Positions 1-11,383 of a stretch of 64,000 nucleotides of DNA are shown one piece after another. The stretch is from Minutocellus sp. GHC0000111. Taxonomy: Eukaryota. The stretch lies in NCBI GenBank assembly GCA_977018835.1, contig OZ361256.1, forward strand, positions 5,394,001-5,458,000, written 5' to 3'. The notes beneath the pieces were generated by a model. It made no database searches. It saw only the letters and a program-made list of their open reading frames with translations, and was not told the DNA's origin. Positions within the stretch are counted from its first letter, which is position 1, and each line of letters opens with the position of its first letter. Position numbers and translations under genes: made by a program.

Positions 1-1471
1 GCGGCCCTTCCTCTTCATGGGACAGCTGAAAGTTACGTATTGGCTGACCATCGGGGCCGTCCCACCTTTCCTGAGCAGTCAAATCTTGCTCTGCCATTTG
101 AATGCCAAACAAATCTCTCACGAGGATCTTCATCCCGTCAAGACAATTGTCTACAGTGAAGTACCCTCCAACCTCATTGGCATCTCCACCCTGACCACTA
201 CTATTCTTCGCCTTCAACGCCCCAGTGTAGAAAGGAACATCCCAGGCTTCAATCGGACCAGAGCCGGCACCCTCGACCTGGCTTTTGGCCAAGCTTAGCA
301 ATTCCATATCGGCCTTGTACTGACGCTCGCATCCCTTTCCCATTTGGGTCAAGAATTTTGACACGTTCTCAGAATTCTTCGCCATCTTATCTTGCAGAAA
401 TCTCTCAGCGTACGAAGAAAATCCCAGCATCGTTGCCAGCTTGTGCCGCTGAGCGACGAGCCCATCCAACACATCAAGGTTGTGAGAACAGGCCGTATTG
501 ACCTCCATGTATATCTCCTTTCGAAGGACGGGATCTGCGGAATACTTCAAGAGCGAATTGGCAATGTGATTGTCCGTCGATACCGTAATCTTGGTGCTGC
601 CAAATTTGCTGCTTTCCTCGCTCTGTGGCACATGATCCACCAATACGTTGCGGGGGATGACAGCTTCGACTCGATGAGAATCCACATCAAACAATTTCCG
701 ACTTCCGGTGGTGATGTTCTGGTTGAACATGCCCTCCAATTGTGTGATGTGTCCAATCACTTCACGAACTTTGGCCCGTTCCTCGGCAGGCAGGTGTATG
801 CCGTCGCGTTCGAATTCATACTGGAGTAGCATGGCCACCCGCTGTTCCTCCTCGGACATTTCAGCAAAGTATGGCCCAGCTGTTACCGTTACCAGGGCCC
901 GGTACAACGTATCATCACCATTGAGTTCGGCAATGTAGTCGCTCAGAAGGGCAAAGGCGTTGTCGGCTGCCTCGCGCCATTGAGCGGAGCTGTGAGCCGA
1001 CCGACAAAGTTCGGCGGCATCAATGACCGAGCAAACCTCGTTGGATATATCGTCGAGGGTGTGCAGCGTGTCTACTGCGGCTGAGGCGGAGCTGGCGGTC
1101 GATTCGCTCTCGAGGGCCGAGGAAAGCTGGGCACGCAAATGGTTGCAGTTGGATATGGCAGTAGAGGCGAGGGATAAGAAGTCAGATGGCTGATTCAGAC
1201 CGGAGATTGAGAAGAGACCCGGTGAGCTTTTAGATCCCTCCGCGTTACTACTGGGCGGATTGGTCTGAATTGACCTTTTGCTGCTGCCGATGGCGTTGTT
1301 GACACCATTGGATTGTCGATTAGTGGTGGTGGTGGTGGTGATACACCATGATGTGCCGGAGAGAGAGCGTGCAGCAGCACGAACGCCGCCGAATGATATC
1401 GATCTATCAGCTGCAATGAGAGTGGATCGGAGAGAGGATGCCGCTGCTGTGGCGGAGCGGCGGAATGCCAT
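1..1471 (-). CDS. MIPEP: Mitochondrial intermediate peptidase (peptidase M3), 5' part; runs off the left edge
   Basis: Manual translation from ATG at 1471 (absent from the ORF track because there is no stop in the window). Arg/Ser/Ala-rich presequence MAFRRSATAAASSLRST, then GLFSISGLNQPSDF, LDDISNEVCSVIDAAELCRSAH, QRHKLATMLGFSSYAERFLQDKMA, IEAWDVPFY and YFTVDNCLDGM, all typical of MIP/Oct1. Confidence 0.9.
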   Translation of the reverse strand, partial: MAFRRSATAAASSLRSTLIAADRSISFGGVRAAARSLSGTSWCITTTTTTNRQSNGVNNAIGSSKRSIQTNPPSSNAEGSKSSPGLFSISGLNQPSDFLSLASTAISNCNHLRAQLSSALESESTASSASAAVDTLHTLDDISNEVCSVIDAAELCRSAHSSAQWREAADNAFALLSDYIAELNGDDTLYRALVTVTAGPYFAEMSEEEQRVAMLLQYEFERDGIHLPAEERAKVREVIGHITQLEGMFNQNITTGSRKLFDVDSHRVEAVIPRNVLVDHVPQSEESSKFGSTKITVSTDNHIANSLLKYSADPVLRKEIYMEVNTACSHNLDVLDGLVAQRHKLATMLGFSSYAERFLQDKMAKNSENVSKFLTQMGKGCERQYKADMELLSLAKSQVEGAGSGPIEAWDVPFYTGALKAKNSSGQGGDANEVGGYFTVDNCLDGMKILVRDLFGIQMAEQDLTAQERWDGPDGQPIRNFQLSHEEEGP

Positions 1472-1705
1472 CTTGGGGCAGGAGATGAACGAGGAATTGC
1501 AAAATGAGGCGACTTGCAGGCTCTTGCTCTGTCCTTCGTCCGTCCCATCATCACTTTCGAAAGCTTGCCGACAGCTTGCCGAAGGCCCGGAAGATCGGAG
1601 AGGCAGCAGCGAAGCCTCCTCGGCCTCCTCCAGTAGTGACTTTACATAACAAAGCTCCCCAGTTACAGTTGACAGGATAGTCCCCTGATAATTGCACATA
1701 AAAAA

Positions 1706-2554
1706 ATGGTTGAGATTGAAGAAGTATCCGAGCAGCAGCCCAAAGTGCTGTCGCCTTCCTTAGAGCGGGAGGCCGATGCCGATGCCATTGAGAAGGTCAT
1801 CTCGATGGTCGATCGACCCAGTGCCGTGGCCCAGCTCGAGGCGCTGGTCAAGAAGATTCGCAGAGATGCCAGCGCCCTGAAGAGGGTCGAGGAATCCCGT
1901 GCCAAGATGGAGGGCGTTGAGATTACTGGCAGTGGGGAGGCCGCTCCGCCTGCTGCTGCCCCGGTCCCTGCACCTGCTCCAACTCCTGTCGCCGCCGCCG
2001 TCCCAGCCGCCGTGGCTCCCGTTGTGCCCTCTCAGAACTACACCACCATCGACAAGTATGCGTTTGATGCCGGCGGTTACAACAGCCCCACCGTCTCCAT
2101 CTACATCGCCCTGCCCAACGTTGGTAGCATCCCCCGCGAAAATATCACGTGCGAGTTCAGCCCTTCCTCCTTCGATCTCATCGTTCGTGACCTTGGCGGC
2201 AAGTCCTACCGGCTCGTCAATGACAACCTGGAGAATGACATTGTTCCGGAAAAGTCCAAGATCCTCGTCAAGGCCGACAAGATCGTCATCAAGCTCGGCA
2301 AGAAGAAGACCGAGTATGGGGGTCACGACCATTGGAGTCAGCTCACGGCCAAGAAGGACAAGAAGAAGAAGGCCGCCGACGCCGCCAATCCGGCAGCGGG
2401 TATCATGGACCTCATGAAGGAGATGTATGACTCGGGCGATGACAATATGAAGCGGATGATTGGTGAGACGATGCAGAAGCAGAGGGAGGGCAAGCTGGGT
2501 GCCGATGGTGGAATGGGGGGAGATCTTGGTGGCATGGGAGACATGGGACTCTAG
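1706..2554 (+). CDS. CACYBP: Calcyclin-binding protein / Siah-interacting protein (CS + SGS domains)
   Basis: CS domain (YTTIDKYAFD...ITCEFSPSSFDLIVRDLGGKSYRL...SKILVKADKIVIKL) and SGS tail NPAAGIMDLMKEMYDSGDDNMKRMIGETM. Confidence 0.9.
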   Translation: MVEIEEVSEQQPKVLSPSLEREADADAIEKVISMVDRPSAVAQLEALVKKIRRDASALKRVEESRAKMEGVEITGSGEAAPPAAAPVPAPAPTPVAAAVPAAVAPVVPSQNYTTIDKYAFDAGGYNSPTVSIYIALPNVGSIPRENITCEFSPSSFDLIVRDLGGKSYRLVNDNLENDIVPEKSKILVKADKIVIKLGKKKTEYGGHDHWSQLTAKKDKKKKAADAANPAAGIMDLMKEMYDSGDDNMKRMIGETMQKQREGKLGADGGMGGDLGGMGDMGL

Positions 2555-2654
2555 CCTAGCTACGTAGTAGAGCTAGTCTGTCCTGATCTCGACGCCCAAT
2601 ACGCAATACATCGATAGATAGAGAGGGATTCTACACTAATATTATAATTTTTGC

Positions 2655-4625
2655 TCATGAGTGAAAGGTTGGCCTCTTTGATATCGGTCGCTTCTTTTTC
2701 TTTCTTTGAGCCTTGACGCCGCCCTTGGTCGATGAACGTTTCTGGGCGGAGATCGATCTACTGGCCACGGAGCGAGCTTCTGAAGTCTCTCGAAGTGACA
2801 GTGACAATGGAGGCGGCAAAATCTCACCAAAATGAATTTGTACTTTCTTCGTACCACTGCTTCGGCCTGGTGGAGACCCGGCAGTACCTGGTGTTCGGAG
2901 TATGGAATACCTTTCACTGTCTCCCTCGTTCGCGGTGGCCACTTGTTGTGTGGAACCATATCCTGTCGGTGGCGGTGGCGGTGAAGTAGTTCGCAAAGAA
3001 TTATTTTCACCAGATCCCTGGGCATGCTGCAGGTCCGTAAGTGAAACAAATGAAGGGCAACTTTCGTCGCCTTCCAGAGATGTGTCGTCTGCTCTACCAA
3101 AAGATTTACCACTCATGTCCAGTCCGACGCTTTCCTGTCTCGTTGGCTTCTCATCCTTCAATTCATCGTCGCTCTCTTCCCATTCATCTTCGTCGTCATC
3201 CTCTTCATCGTCATTGTAAGATGCATCGTCCTGCAGATACAACTGAGGACCATATCTCAGTATAAGAATAATCAAAAGGACGCTATAGCCGGCAACCATG
3301 TAAAGCGCTCCTCCCGCCCCAGCTCCCACGGCTGCGCTGAGCCATAGGCTAGCGGCAGTCGTAAGTCCGTGTACCTGGTGCACTTCATCCTCACCGGCAC
3401 CCACCGTGCCTTTCCAAATGAGTCCAGCTCCCAAGAAACCGACGCCCGAGGGGATTGCTGCCGTGACACGCGAAGCATCCCATCCCATTGTGCTTGATTT
3501 GAAGGCTAGTTGTGAAGATATTGTGAAGAAGCAGCTACCGAGCGACACCAGGCCCATGGTTCTGATTCCTGCTGGACGATCGGCAACCCTACGTTCATAT
3601 CCAATCGCCCCTCCGAACAAAACAGAAGCCAACATTCGCCGCGATAGGTCGCATTCTTCAAGCGTAAGACCAAGAAGCTCTGGAAGTCGCCTGTGGAAGC
3701 AAGGATCTGTGATGTAGTCCGGATTCTCGTAGTGAGGTTCGTCATAGACGGCATCGTCGTCATCGTCTACACCCCCTGATTCGCTTTGTGGGCACCACTT
3801 CGTCTTATCTATGGGCAGGAGAATCAGTGGGCCAAATAGAACAAGGAGTGTGTAGACCACCAATACAAGGTATGAAAGGAGCATGATCATGTATTTCTGC
3901 AGGAAGAATAAATTGTAGGAAAGAAACAATGGTCAGGAACCGAATGCGAGAACGTTGATGCAGTCAAATTAAGGGAACAAAAAAATTCTCCTCACCACCA
4001 TGGCATAGTAATCTCGCTCAAACTGAATGATGGTCCTATTGTTGTCACATTTCTTGTTGTCCTGCTCATCTAATTTTCTTGGTCCCTGTGCCCTCCCCCC
4101 ATACGTTGGTTCCTGCAACTGCTTTATTGTATCTTTATCATCCTTCAGATTATTCTCGTGTTGAGTAGGAAGCGGCTTTTTGTTTGGTCTCCTATTGCTG
4201 GAAGCAGGGCTGGACATATTTCTGTGCGGCTCCGTTGCTGAACTCCACTGGCGTCTGTGCGATCGCTTGGACCCTGTACCACCACCCCCGCCACTTCCCA
4301 TTGAGCTGTTGCTGACACCGCCACTGCTGCCCTTGCGACTGTGGCCGCCGTCACCTCCATACAGAAGAAATCGCGAATAATTGCGCTGCAGCTCGCCATG
4401 ATCGGACCCATGCTGCGATATCTTGTGAAGTGTTCGATTGTCATCGTCGAGTGTAAAGACTTCTCCGAGGGACCTCTGCCGAGTTGGACCAGCTGATCGA
4501 CTTCGGATGTGAGCAGCATGAGGCGCCTTGCTGGTGTTCGTGTTCTCGTTGTGACGTTTGCGCCGCCGATTGTTATTGGGACCACCGTCTCCTCGGAGCA
4601 GCGGCGTCCTCTCCTTGTCTGCCAT
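2655..4625 (-). CDS. MgtC/SapB-family membrane protein, 2 exons (4625-3996, 3896-2655)
   Basis: MgtC motifs GGAIGYER..RPAGIRTMGLVSLGS, DASRVTAAIPSGVGFLGAGLI and VHGLTTAASLWLSAAVG. A gtgag...cctgcag intron at 3995-3897 joins YYAMV|KYMIML in frame. Confidence 0.88.
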
Positions 4626-4747
4626 AGCGAAGTTGCTCTTAGCAGGTGCAATTGGTTAGGAAGCAACCTTGCTTCGGTGGCTTCGCCGCTTCTCGGCCCT
4701 ACTAGCCGTATCTTTTGGATCTCCCACATGACACATCTTGCGCTTCA

Positions 4748-4782
4748 GCTGCACGTACACGTACCGGTACGTACGGTACGCC
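4748..4782. promoter_or_regulatory. GTAC-rich palindromic cluster in a divergent (bidirectional) promoter
   Basis: gcacgtacacgtaccggtacgtacggtacg lies between the head-to-head starts at 4625 and 4898. Similar clusters occur at ~27900, ~53746 and ~63962. Function is inferred. Confidence 0.4.
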
Positions 4783-4897
4783 AAACGCCAAACGCCAAAA
4801 CCCGGAGCACCAGGCAGGCGGAAAGCAGCACAACATGCTCCCGGCCAATCATTTCATGCTTTGCTGGGGCGGCACGCATCGAACACACAAGACAACC

Positions 4898-6034
4898 ATG
4901 GGCCGAGTATCGAAATACAAGAAGGTGAAGGCGGTCGATCCCTTCTCCAAGCAGAAGAAGGGCAAGGCCGCCGCCTCCGCCCGTACGTCCGAGTACGTAT
5001 GGGGGACAGGCGACAATGGGCGAAGGGACAAGAAGAGGTCTCTCAAGGCGCAGCGTCACCAGGCGCGCAAGTTGGGCGGGGGCAGCATGAGCGATGGACG
5101 GAGGAGGGCCCGCGAGGCGGCTGGTGCTGGTGGGTTCGATCTGCTCCCATCGGGGAAGGACGATTTCGATTTGGCCGACCTCATGGGCAGCGTCAAGAGA
5201 CAAAAGAGGCCGAGATTGGACGATGGACTGGCCGATCCTCGACGACGGAACGAACCTACTACCGTCTCCAAGAAGAGCAAGTCGAAGGGAGGTGCTGCTG
5301 CTGCTGCATCGGCAGCAAGTAGTGGTGCCAGTCAACCCACTCCATCTATACCAGAAACGGATGCCGAGGAGAAACGAGTGGCTCGTATCCTGAAATTTAG
5401 CAAGGATTCCAAGAGCGGTGGTAGTGGTAAGGGAGGGTCAGGCAGCAAATCAGCAACGGGTTCCTCATCGGCCGCCAAGAAGGATTCCAAGTCGCAGATA
5501 TCTGGCCGTAAAGAAGGCGAGAGTATGCGAGCCTTTGAGCGCCGAGTGAAGGAGGAAACTCGTCTCATATTGCTGGAGCAAGCGAGCGAGAGCAAGCTAA
5601 CCAGCAAGGAGAAGGCTGCGAAGAAGAAGGAATTCCTCAAGAGTCTCAAGAACAAGAAGAAGAATCGCAAGTGTGGTGGCGGTGGCGGACGTCCGCGATC
5701 TGGTAGCAGTGACGATGAGTACGGCAGCGATGGCGGATACGGAGACGATGAAGATGGTGGACTTGTCACCGGCGAGCGAGCAGTTGCTGCGGCTGCTCGG
5801 GCGGCAATTTCTAGTGGCGCAGCGATACATGACCAGGTGGAGAGGCCACCGACTTTTGAGCTGTTGCCCCGAGGCGCCACCAAGAAGGCCAAGAAGGAGG
5901 GTGGCAAGCTTGGAATGGACGAACAGAAGCGTAGGGCAGAGCAGAGGGCTATGGACAATCTCCGGGCAAAGGTCCAAGCGCAGTATGCCGTCATCAAGCA
6001 AAAGAGGAAGAGGGCTGGAAATTTTCATTTGTAG
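4898..6034 (+). CDS. Basic, probably nucleolar coiled-coil protein, CCDC137-like
   Basis: Likely start caaccATG at 4898. Motifs KYKKVKAVDPF, RKEGESMRAFERRV, DQVERPPTF and LRAKVQAQYAVIKQKR resemble the CCDC137 family (recalled, not searched). Confidence 0.6.
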   Translation: MGRVSKYKKVKAVDPFSKQKKGKAAASARTSEYVWGTGDNGRRDKKRSLKAQRHQARKLGGGSMSDGRRRAREAAGAGGFDLLPSGKDDFDLADLMGSVKRQKRPRLDDGLADPRRRNEPTTVSKKSKSKGGAAAAASAASSGASQPTPSIPETDAEEKRVARILKFSKDSKSGGSGKGGSGSKSATGSSSAAKKDSKSQISGRKEGESMRAFERRVKEETRLILLEQASESKLTSKEKAAKKKEFLKSLKNKKKNRKCGGGGGRPRSGSSDDEYGSDGGYGDDEDGGLVTGERAVAAAARAAISSGAAIHDQVERPPTFELLPRGATKKAKKEGGKLGMDEQKRRAEQRAMDNLRAKVQAQYAVIKQKRKRAGNFHL

Positions 6035-6182
6035 TTTGACTTGCAGAACAATCTCTCGTAATACCGGTCGTACATCCATTTCGAAAAAGCACACTACGTA
6101 GCTAGCTACGTAGATGTAGCGCTAGTCTAGTCTAGGAGTAGACGTAGGTAACTGAACGCATTATTATTCATTTCATTTCTTA

Positions 6183-6830
6183 TCAATAGAACTTCTCTTG
6201 TGGAAGAGGGACCTCCGTAGTGCTAATGCATCTGTACCGGTAGTTACAAGGAACTTCGACGCCCGCGTCCTTGGCCTGCTGGATTCGGAGTCGGACCGCC
6301 CTCAGTTTGGCAGCGAGCTCCGCTTCCTCCGCAAGCCACGAGACCAGCTCGAGTGAGGATGGTACAGCGAGATCGGCAGCAGCGGCGCTGTCGTCCGAAC
6401 CCTGCCTGGTCGTCACCATGGTGGAGGAAGATTGGAAGATCGATCGGCCAGGCGTAGGCTTTTTAGTCGAGTGAGTCCCAGGGGGCCAACCAACGTTCAT
6501 CAAGCAGGAAGCTTCCATCCAGAGGGAAGCACTTTTTTTACCATTGGTACTGATACGTTAGCTCCCACTTGGCTTACCTCTACTAGCTAGGGTAGTGGCT
6601 GAGCAAGTCATTGAATAACAGGCAGAAGCCATTGGAGTGACCGCTCTCGTGCCGTATCCCATCTGTCCAAAAGTAAATGTCGCACATCTTTCGGCTCCAT
6701 AACGTGTCGGTATCGGCTGGTCCCACCAAAATCTTCTCCGCTGGGTCCGACAAACAGAAAACCGGACCCTCGTCACCCAATTGTGGTGATGCTGCGGAAT
6801 CATCCCCTAACAACCCGCCCGCATCGTGGT
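6183..6830 (-). pseudogene. Decayed 3' fragment of an unknown gene
   Basis: Protein-like reading (PVFCLSDPAEKILVGP...IYFWTDGIRHE...; later LVSWLAEEAELAAKLRAVRLRIQQAK) is broken by several stops and a frameshift. It converges on the 6034-6180 terminator zone. Confidence 0.35.
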
Positions 6831-9479
6831 CATACTCTCCCCCGAGGACATCCGCAACCATCAAGTGCCATGCCCCACATTCTCAGTCGGGCTTTCAATC
6901 GAGGAGCTACTGTACCACCACAATCGCAGCAGACAGGCTTGCGACAAAGCATGAGAGGGCGCGTTGTGGGTAGTGATCATGAAGACTGGGACGATAATAA
7001 GCAAGATGAAGATGATGGTGACAACAACGACGAATTGAGATCATTTTGCAGTTCTGACGAGGTTGGCTCCAGCGGAGCAGGCAGAAGGACTTCTCGCAAA
7101 CGCAAGCAAGAGGATTATTTGGGTGAAGAAGAAGACGACGACGATGAAAAGCATTTTTACAAGTCGGACCTGTTTGCCTGCATTACATCGCAGCGACTCG
7201 CCTCCGCAGGTCAACAGCACGATGAGGTCGATGAAAAACAGTTCGCCTTCACTTCGTGTTCTGGCCCCTCGCTTGTGCTGGGATCATTATCTCAAAGAAA
7301 GCAATTTGGCCTTGTCACTTTGTGTCCAGACTTACGTGATGTATCGATGTATTGCTCGCTCGATGGAACTGTCCCAGGCCTACCTGAAGGACTATCGTCA
7401 GATTGGTCGTATGCACAAATAATCCCGGGTCAAGAAAGGCAGCCCTTTCACGTCGATGACCCGAGCACCCATTACATCAATGCAGTTGCTGCTCATAATG
7501 GCGCCAAGCCTATGCGTCACGGAGTTTTACTGACAGGGTGGTGTAGTTGGTACCATTACTATGAAAATATTGAGGAGAGTATGCTCCGGCAGACATTGTA
7601 AGTTGGTTCGTTTTTTTTATTCGATTCAATGTCGTCGGTATTTATTTATTTGATCTTCTTGGTGATGAGTAGAACAGTAGAGGGTTAGTGACTAACTGGT
7701 CTTTTCCCATTCCCTTCATTTCACAAACATAGCGACACACTCGGCGGGCCGATCCGTAACAAAATCATGTCCAATGTTGGTCTAATTGATGACGGATACA
7801 TGACTGCTTGGGGTGATTGGGGTTCGCTCAAGCCCAAGGCGTTTCCAACAGCCTTTGCGATAAGTCCCAACCCTACCGAGAAGGATGTCGACGCGTGCAT
7901 GAAAAGTTTGTCGGACTCCATGAGAGCGAACGGCATGAAGCCAGGTATTTGGCTTGCACCATTTGCTGCTGACAAGCACTCGAAACTTACTAAGACTCAC
8001 CCAGACTGGATTATTCGCGACAATGCAGGGCGTCCCGCCAACAGTTCGAATTGCGGCAAATTCTTTTATGGTCTAGATGTCACAAATCCTGAGGTGAGAG
8101 AGCATGTCTTTCGAACTATTCGAAGAGCCGTCTCGGTGTGGGGCTTTGAAGTGCTCAAAATCGATTTCCTTTACGCCGCGTGTTTAAAAGGGAATGGAAA
8201 GTACGACATGAGCATATCTCGAGCGGAAGCGATGCATTTAGCGCTCCGGTGTATCCGAGCGGGAGCAGGATCAAGGACATTTTTGATTGGTTGTGGCTGT
8301 CCCCTCGGAACCGCCGTTGGATACATCGACGGTATGCGCATCAGCGCTGATACGGGGCCAACATGGCAACCGAGCTTTCCCCTGCCGAGCTGGGATCATT
8401 CAACCCTTCCGTCTCTCAGGGCCATGGTACGGAATTCAATTACTCGATCGAGTTTCGGCCATCGTTGGTGGCACAACGATCCCGACTGCATCCTTCTTGG
8501 TGAAACGACGGAGCTTACTGACGAGGAGGTCGTCAGCGCTGCAACGGTGGTAGGAATGCTCAGCGGTATGACATTAATGTCTGATGATCTGACCAAGTTG
8601 AGACACAATCGGCTTCGAATCATCACAAGGATTTTCCCTGTAGTTGGTGCTACGGCACTTGCGATTGACTTGCACCAACCCTCGCGGTCGGGCATTCCTG
8701 GTATTTTGCGGTTGTGGTGTACCGATGAAACGGCGGCGAGTGACGTTGTCATGGGGAGTAATGGCGGTGGCTCTTTGAAAGAGATGCAAGATCCCAATTC
8801 CCTGGCGATTCGAACTGCCCAGTCGATTGCTTTCAACCCGGATCGGAACTTGGGAGATATTGCTGCGGGGATCAGAAATCGCGTTCATGTCGCAAAAGGA
8901 CTCGGTCGATGGTCCGTTGTTTCACTCTCCAATTGGACTGATGTTCCCGAGACTGTCGTCGCGCCAATGTCGATATGCCTTCCACCTCCTTCACCTGATA
9001 CAATTGATGAGTTCTCTACAGATAACTCACTTGGTTATCACGTTCTTGCATTTTGGTCTTCCAAATATGTTTGGATACCAAAGAAGCAGATAGATAACAA
9101 GTGGACTCTGAGTAAGATGCTGGATCCTCATGAAACAGAGGTCTCTCACGTGAAGCCGGTCAAGGATGAACCGCAGTACATCGGAAGTGATATCCACTTT
9201 ACTTGCGGCTTTGAAGTTCGGTACTTCAAAAATGATGGATGCAATCAAGTCGAAATCGCCTTCAAATCGGAGTGGAGAAGATCTGGTTATGCGTTTCTGT
9301 TTATTCCCTCGTCCTCCAAGGGTCCAATTAAAGCAACTGTTAATGGACGGAGCGGAAATTTCGATGTAATCGCCGAGCCCTCACTTGGTGATGGCAAATT
9401 AGGTAGAGTTGTTCGAGTTTGGATTACAATTCGCGGAGATGGAAAGAATGAAGATGGCATCGTCGTATTGAAATTCTAG
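6825..9479 (+). CDS. Alpha-galactosidase (GH36/melibiase), 2 exons visible (to 7597, 7733-9479); 5' end apparently missing
   Basis: Motifs TGWCSWYHYY, IDDGYMTAWGDW, KPGIWLAPF, LDVTNPEV, LKIDFLY, GMRISADT and WWHNDPDCILL. Intron 7598-7732 (gtaag, branch point actaac, catag) gives QTF-DTLGG in frame. No clean start found. Confidence 0.85.
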
Positions 9480-9841
9480 CTCAAAAATCTGATATGGAGA
9501 TATTGTAAGTCGTTAATATTTTTCAACTTCGGTGTTTAATTACGTTGACTACATGAAATTGAAGAAGGCGCTTCGAATGGAACATGCTCATATTCTTCTT
9601 TGTGTAGTTGGCAACTGCGTGATTGCTTGCTCCCCTATCATTTATCAACTGACATATACAAATAAGATGCAACAAAAATAACCTGATCTGCCGGCATCGG
9701 CAGCATTATATCGGAATTGTGTAGAAATAGTATTCAATACCGGTACCATGGTCCCTAGCTCTCCTTCTCTTTTATTCTCTTCCTCCAACACTTCCACGCT
9801 GATCGTCCTAGACTACCTCTAGCTAGCAAATCTCTCGTGAC

Positions 9842-11383
9842 TTAGATAGCACCGCCATAACTGGCAATCTCCTCCTCGCGAGGTCTCTTCTTCTGGCCCT
9901 GATCAGCCTTCTGCCGGGCGTAGCGCTTGTTCTGCTCGTCACGGCAACGCATGCACTTGGTGAGGTGGCCCTTGTGGCCGAAGCCGGCCCACGTCTTGAA
10001 GTTCTTGCAGCCCTTGCACCACTTGATCTGAAGGCCGGTGGCGGCATGGATCCAAACGGTGACGTCGCACGCCGTGCAGATGCCCTTGTTCTGGTTGGGG
10101 ATGATGACGCGCTGGCCGTGGGGTCCGGCGGTGTTGATGGCGCGATTCTCCTCGGCGATGTTGTACCCCTGTCCGCCGCCGCGGCTGCCCTTCTTGGTGG
10201 TGGACTTGAGGCAGTACCTGCCGCACATGACACAGCCTCTCTTGGTGCTGTCTGCGGCGGCGCCGGTGGGGGGCTCCTTGTCACCCTTCTTGCGCTTGCG
10301 CTTCCGTCCAGGCTGGACGACGAAGGTGGGGTAGTTGACGATGTGCTGGAACTGAGGGACCTCGGCGTGCATCATGGTGGCCATGTCCTCTCCCTGGTAG
10401 CACTTGGCGGCGGCCTGGCTGGGAGGGTTGTGGGGGTAGCAGGCCTGGGTGGACACGGCATCGCTCATCTCGGGGGTGGGGCAGGTGAGCTGCTGCTCTG
10501 GCCTCTTACTTTCGGACGACTTGACCGGGGTCGGCATCGCCGATTGGTGGTGAAGATGATGGTGGGGATGATGAGGATGGTAGTGTTGGAGTGGTGGCAT
10601 CATCATGGTCATGGCTGCACTGGGGTGATGAGGATGGGGCTGATGCGAGGTAGAGTGCGAAGGACCCGAAACCGACATGAGCGTGGCGGCGGCCGAGGCC
10701 ATATCCACGGGCTTGGCGTTGGAGGGAGGGCTGGTATCGAACTTGAAATGATGATCCCCGCCGGCGGTCGCCGTGAGGGGCGTAGCGGCAGCTGAATGGT
10801 CGTAGGCTGGATGGCCCTGAGGCGTCGGGGGGAGTTGCAGGCCGAACCCATGAAACCCACGGCCACTGCTGTTGGCGGCATCGGCAGCGGTACCAGCGGA
10901 GGAGGATCCGGCTGTAGCGGCGGCGGCGGCTGCAGCGGCGGCTGCAGCACCGGCCGCGGCGGTAGTGGGAATCATGCTCTCCCGGGGAGTAATGCCCATA
11001 ACACCGCTGCCGACGGGCGATAGGACGCCTTCGCCAAAGGTATCCGGGGGGAAGAACATGCTCTCGGTACTGACGTTGAGACCGCCGCTGTTGCGTCTGG
11101 CGGCGGCCGACAGGGGCGTGAGGACACGCGACGCGACGGAGCCCAGCGAATCCCGGCAGGTGCTCGTGGAGATGCCCATCTGCGGCCGATTCTTCTTGCT
11201 GGTAGAGATGGTGGCGCCTGTGGCGCCACTGGCACCCGACGCGGGCGTCTTCTGGACCGACGACCCGGCGGCGCCGGCGCCACCCAAAGGCGTCATCGGA
11301 AGAGGAGCCGAGGGCATGGAGTCGACGTAGAAGGCGATCGCCGCGTCGATGTACCGGTCGCTGCTCATCCGCTTATTCTCCAT
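9842..11383 (-). CDS. Putative zinc-binding transcription factor with C-terminal Cys-rich, SBP-box-like domain
   Basis: Low-complexity Ala/His/Pro N-terminus, NLS RKRKRKK, then four CxxC pairs (CVMC, CTAC, WCKGCKNF, CMRC) followed by a basic helix. Confidence 0.6.
   Translation of the reverse strand: MENKRMSSDRYIDAAIAFYVDSMPSAPLPMTPLGGAGAAGSSVQKTPASGASGATGATISTSKKNRPQMGISTSTCRDSLGSVASRVLTPLSAAARRNSGGLNVSTESMFFPPDTFGEGVLSPVGSGVMGITPRESMIPTTAAAGAAAAAAAAAAATAGSSSAGTAADAANSSGRGFHGFGLQLPPTPQGHPAYDHSAAATPLTATAGGDHHFKFDTSPPSNAKPVDMASAAATLMSVSGPSHSTSHQPHPHHPSAAMTMMMPPLQHYHPHHPHHHLHHQSAMPTPVKSSESKRPEQQLTCPTPEMSDAVSTQACYPHNPPSQAAAKCYQGEDMATMMHAEVPQFQHIVNYPTFVVQPGRKRKRKKGDKEPPTGAAADSTKRGCVMCGRYCLKSTTKKGSRGGGQGYNIAEENRAINTAGPHGQRVIIPNQNKGICTACDVTVWIHAATGLQIKWCKGCKNFKTWAGFGHKGHLTKCMRCRDEQNKRYARQKADQGQKKRPREEEIASYGGAI

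Noticed and set aside
17..938. Plus-strand ORFs at the window start
   Set aside because: They are antisense to the mitochondrial intermediate peptidase gene.
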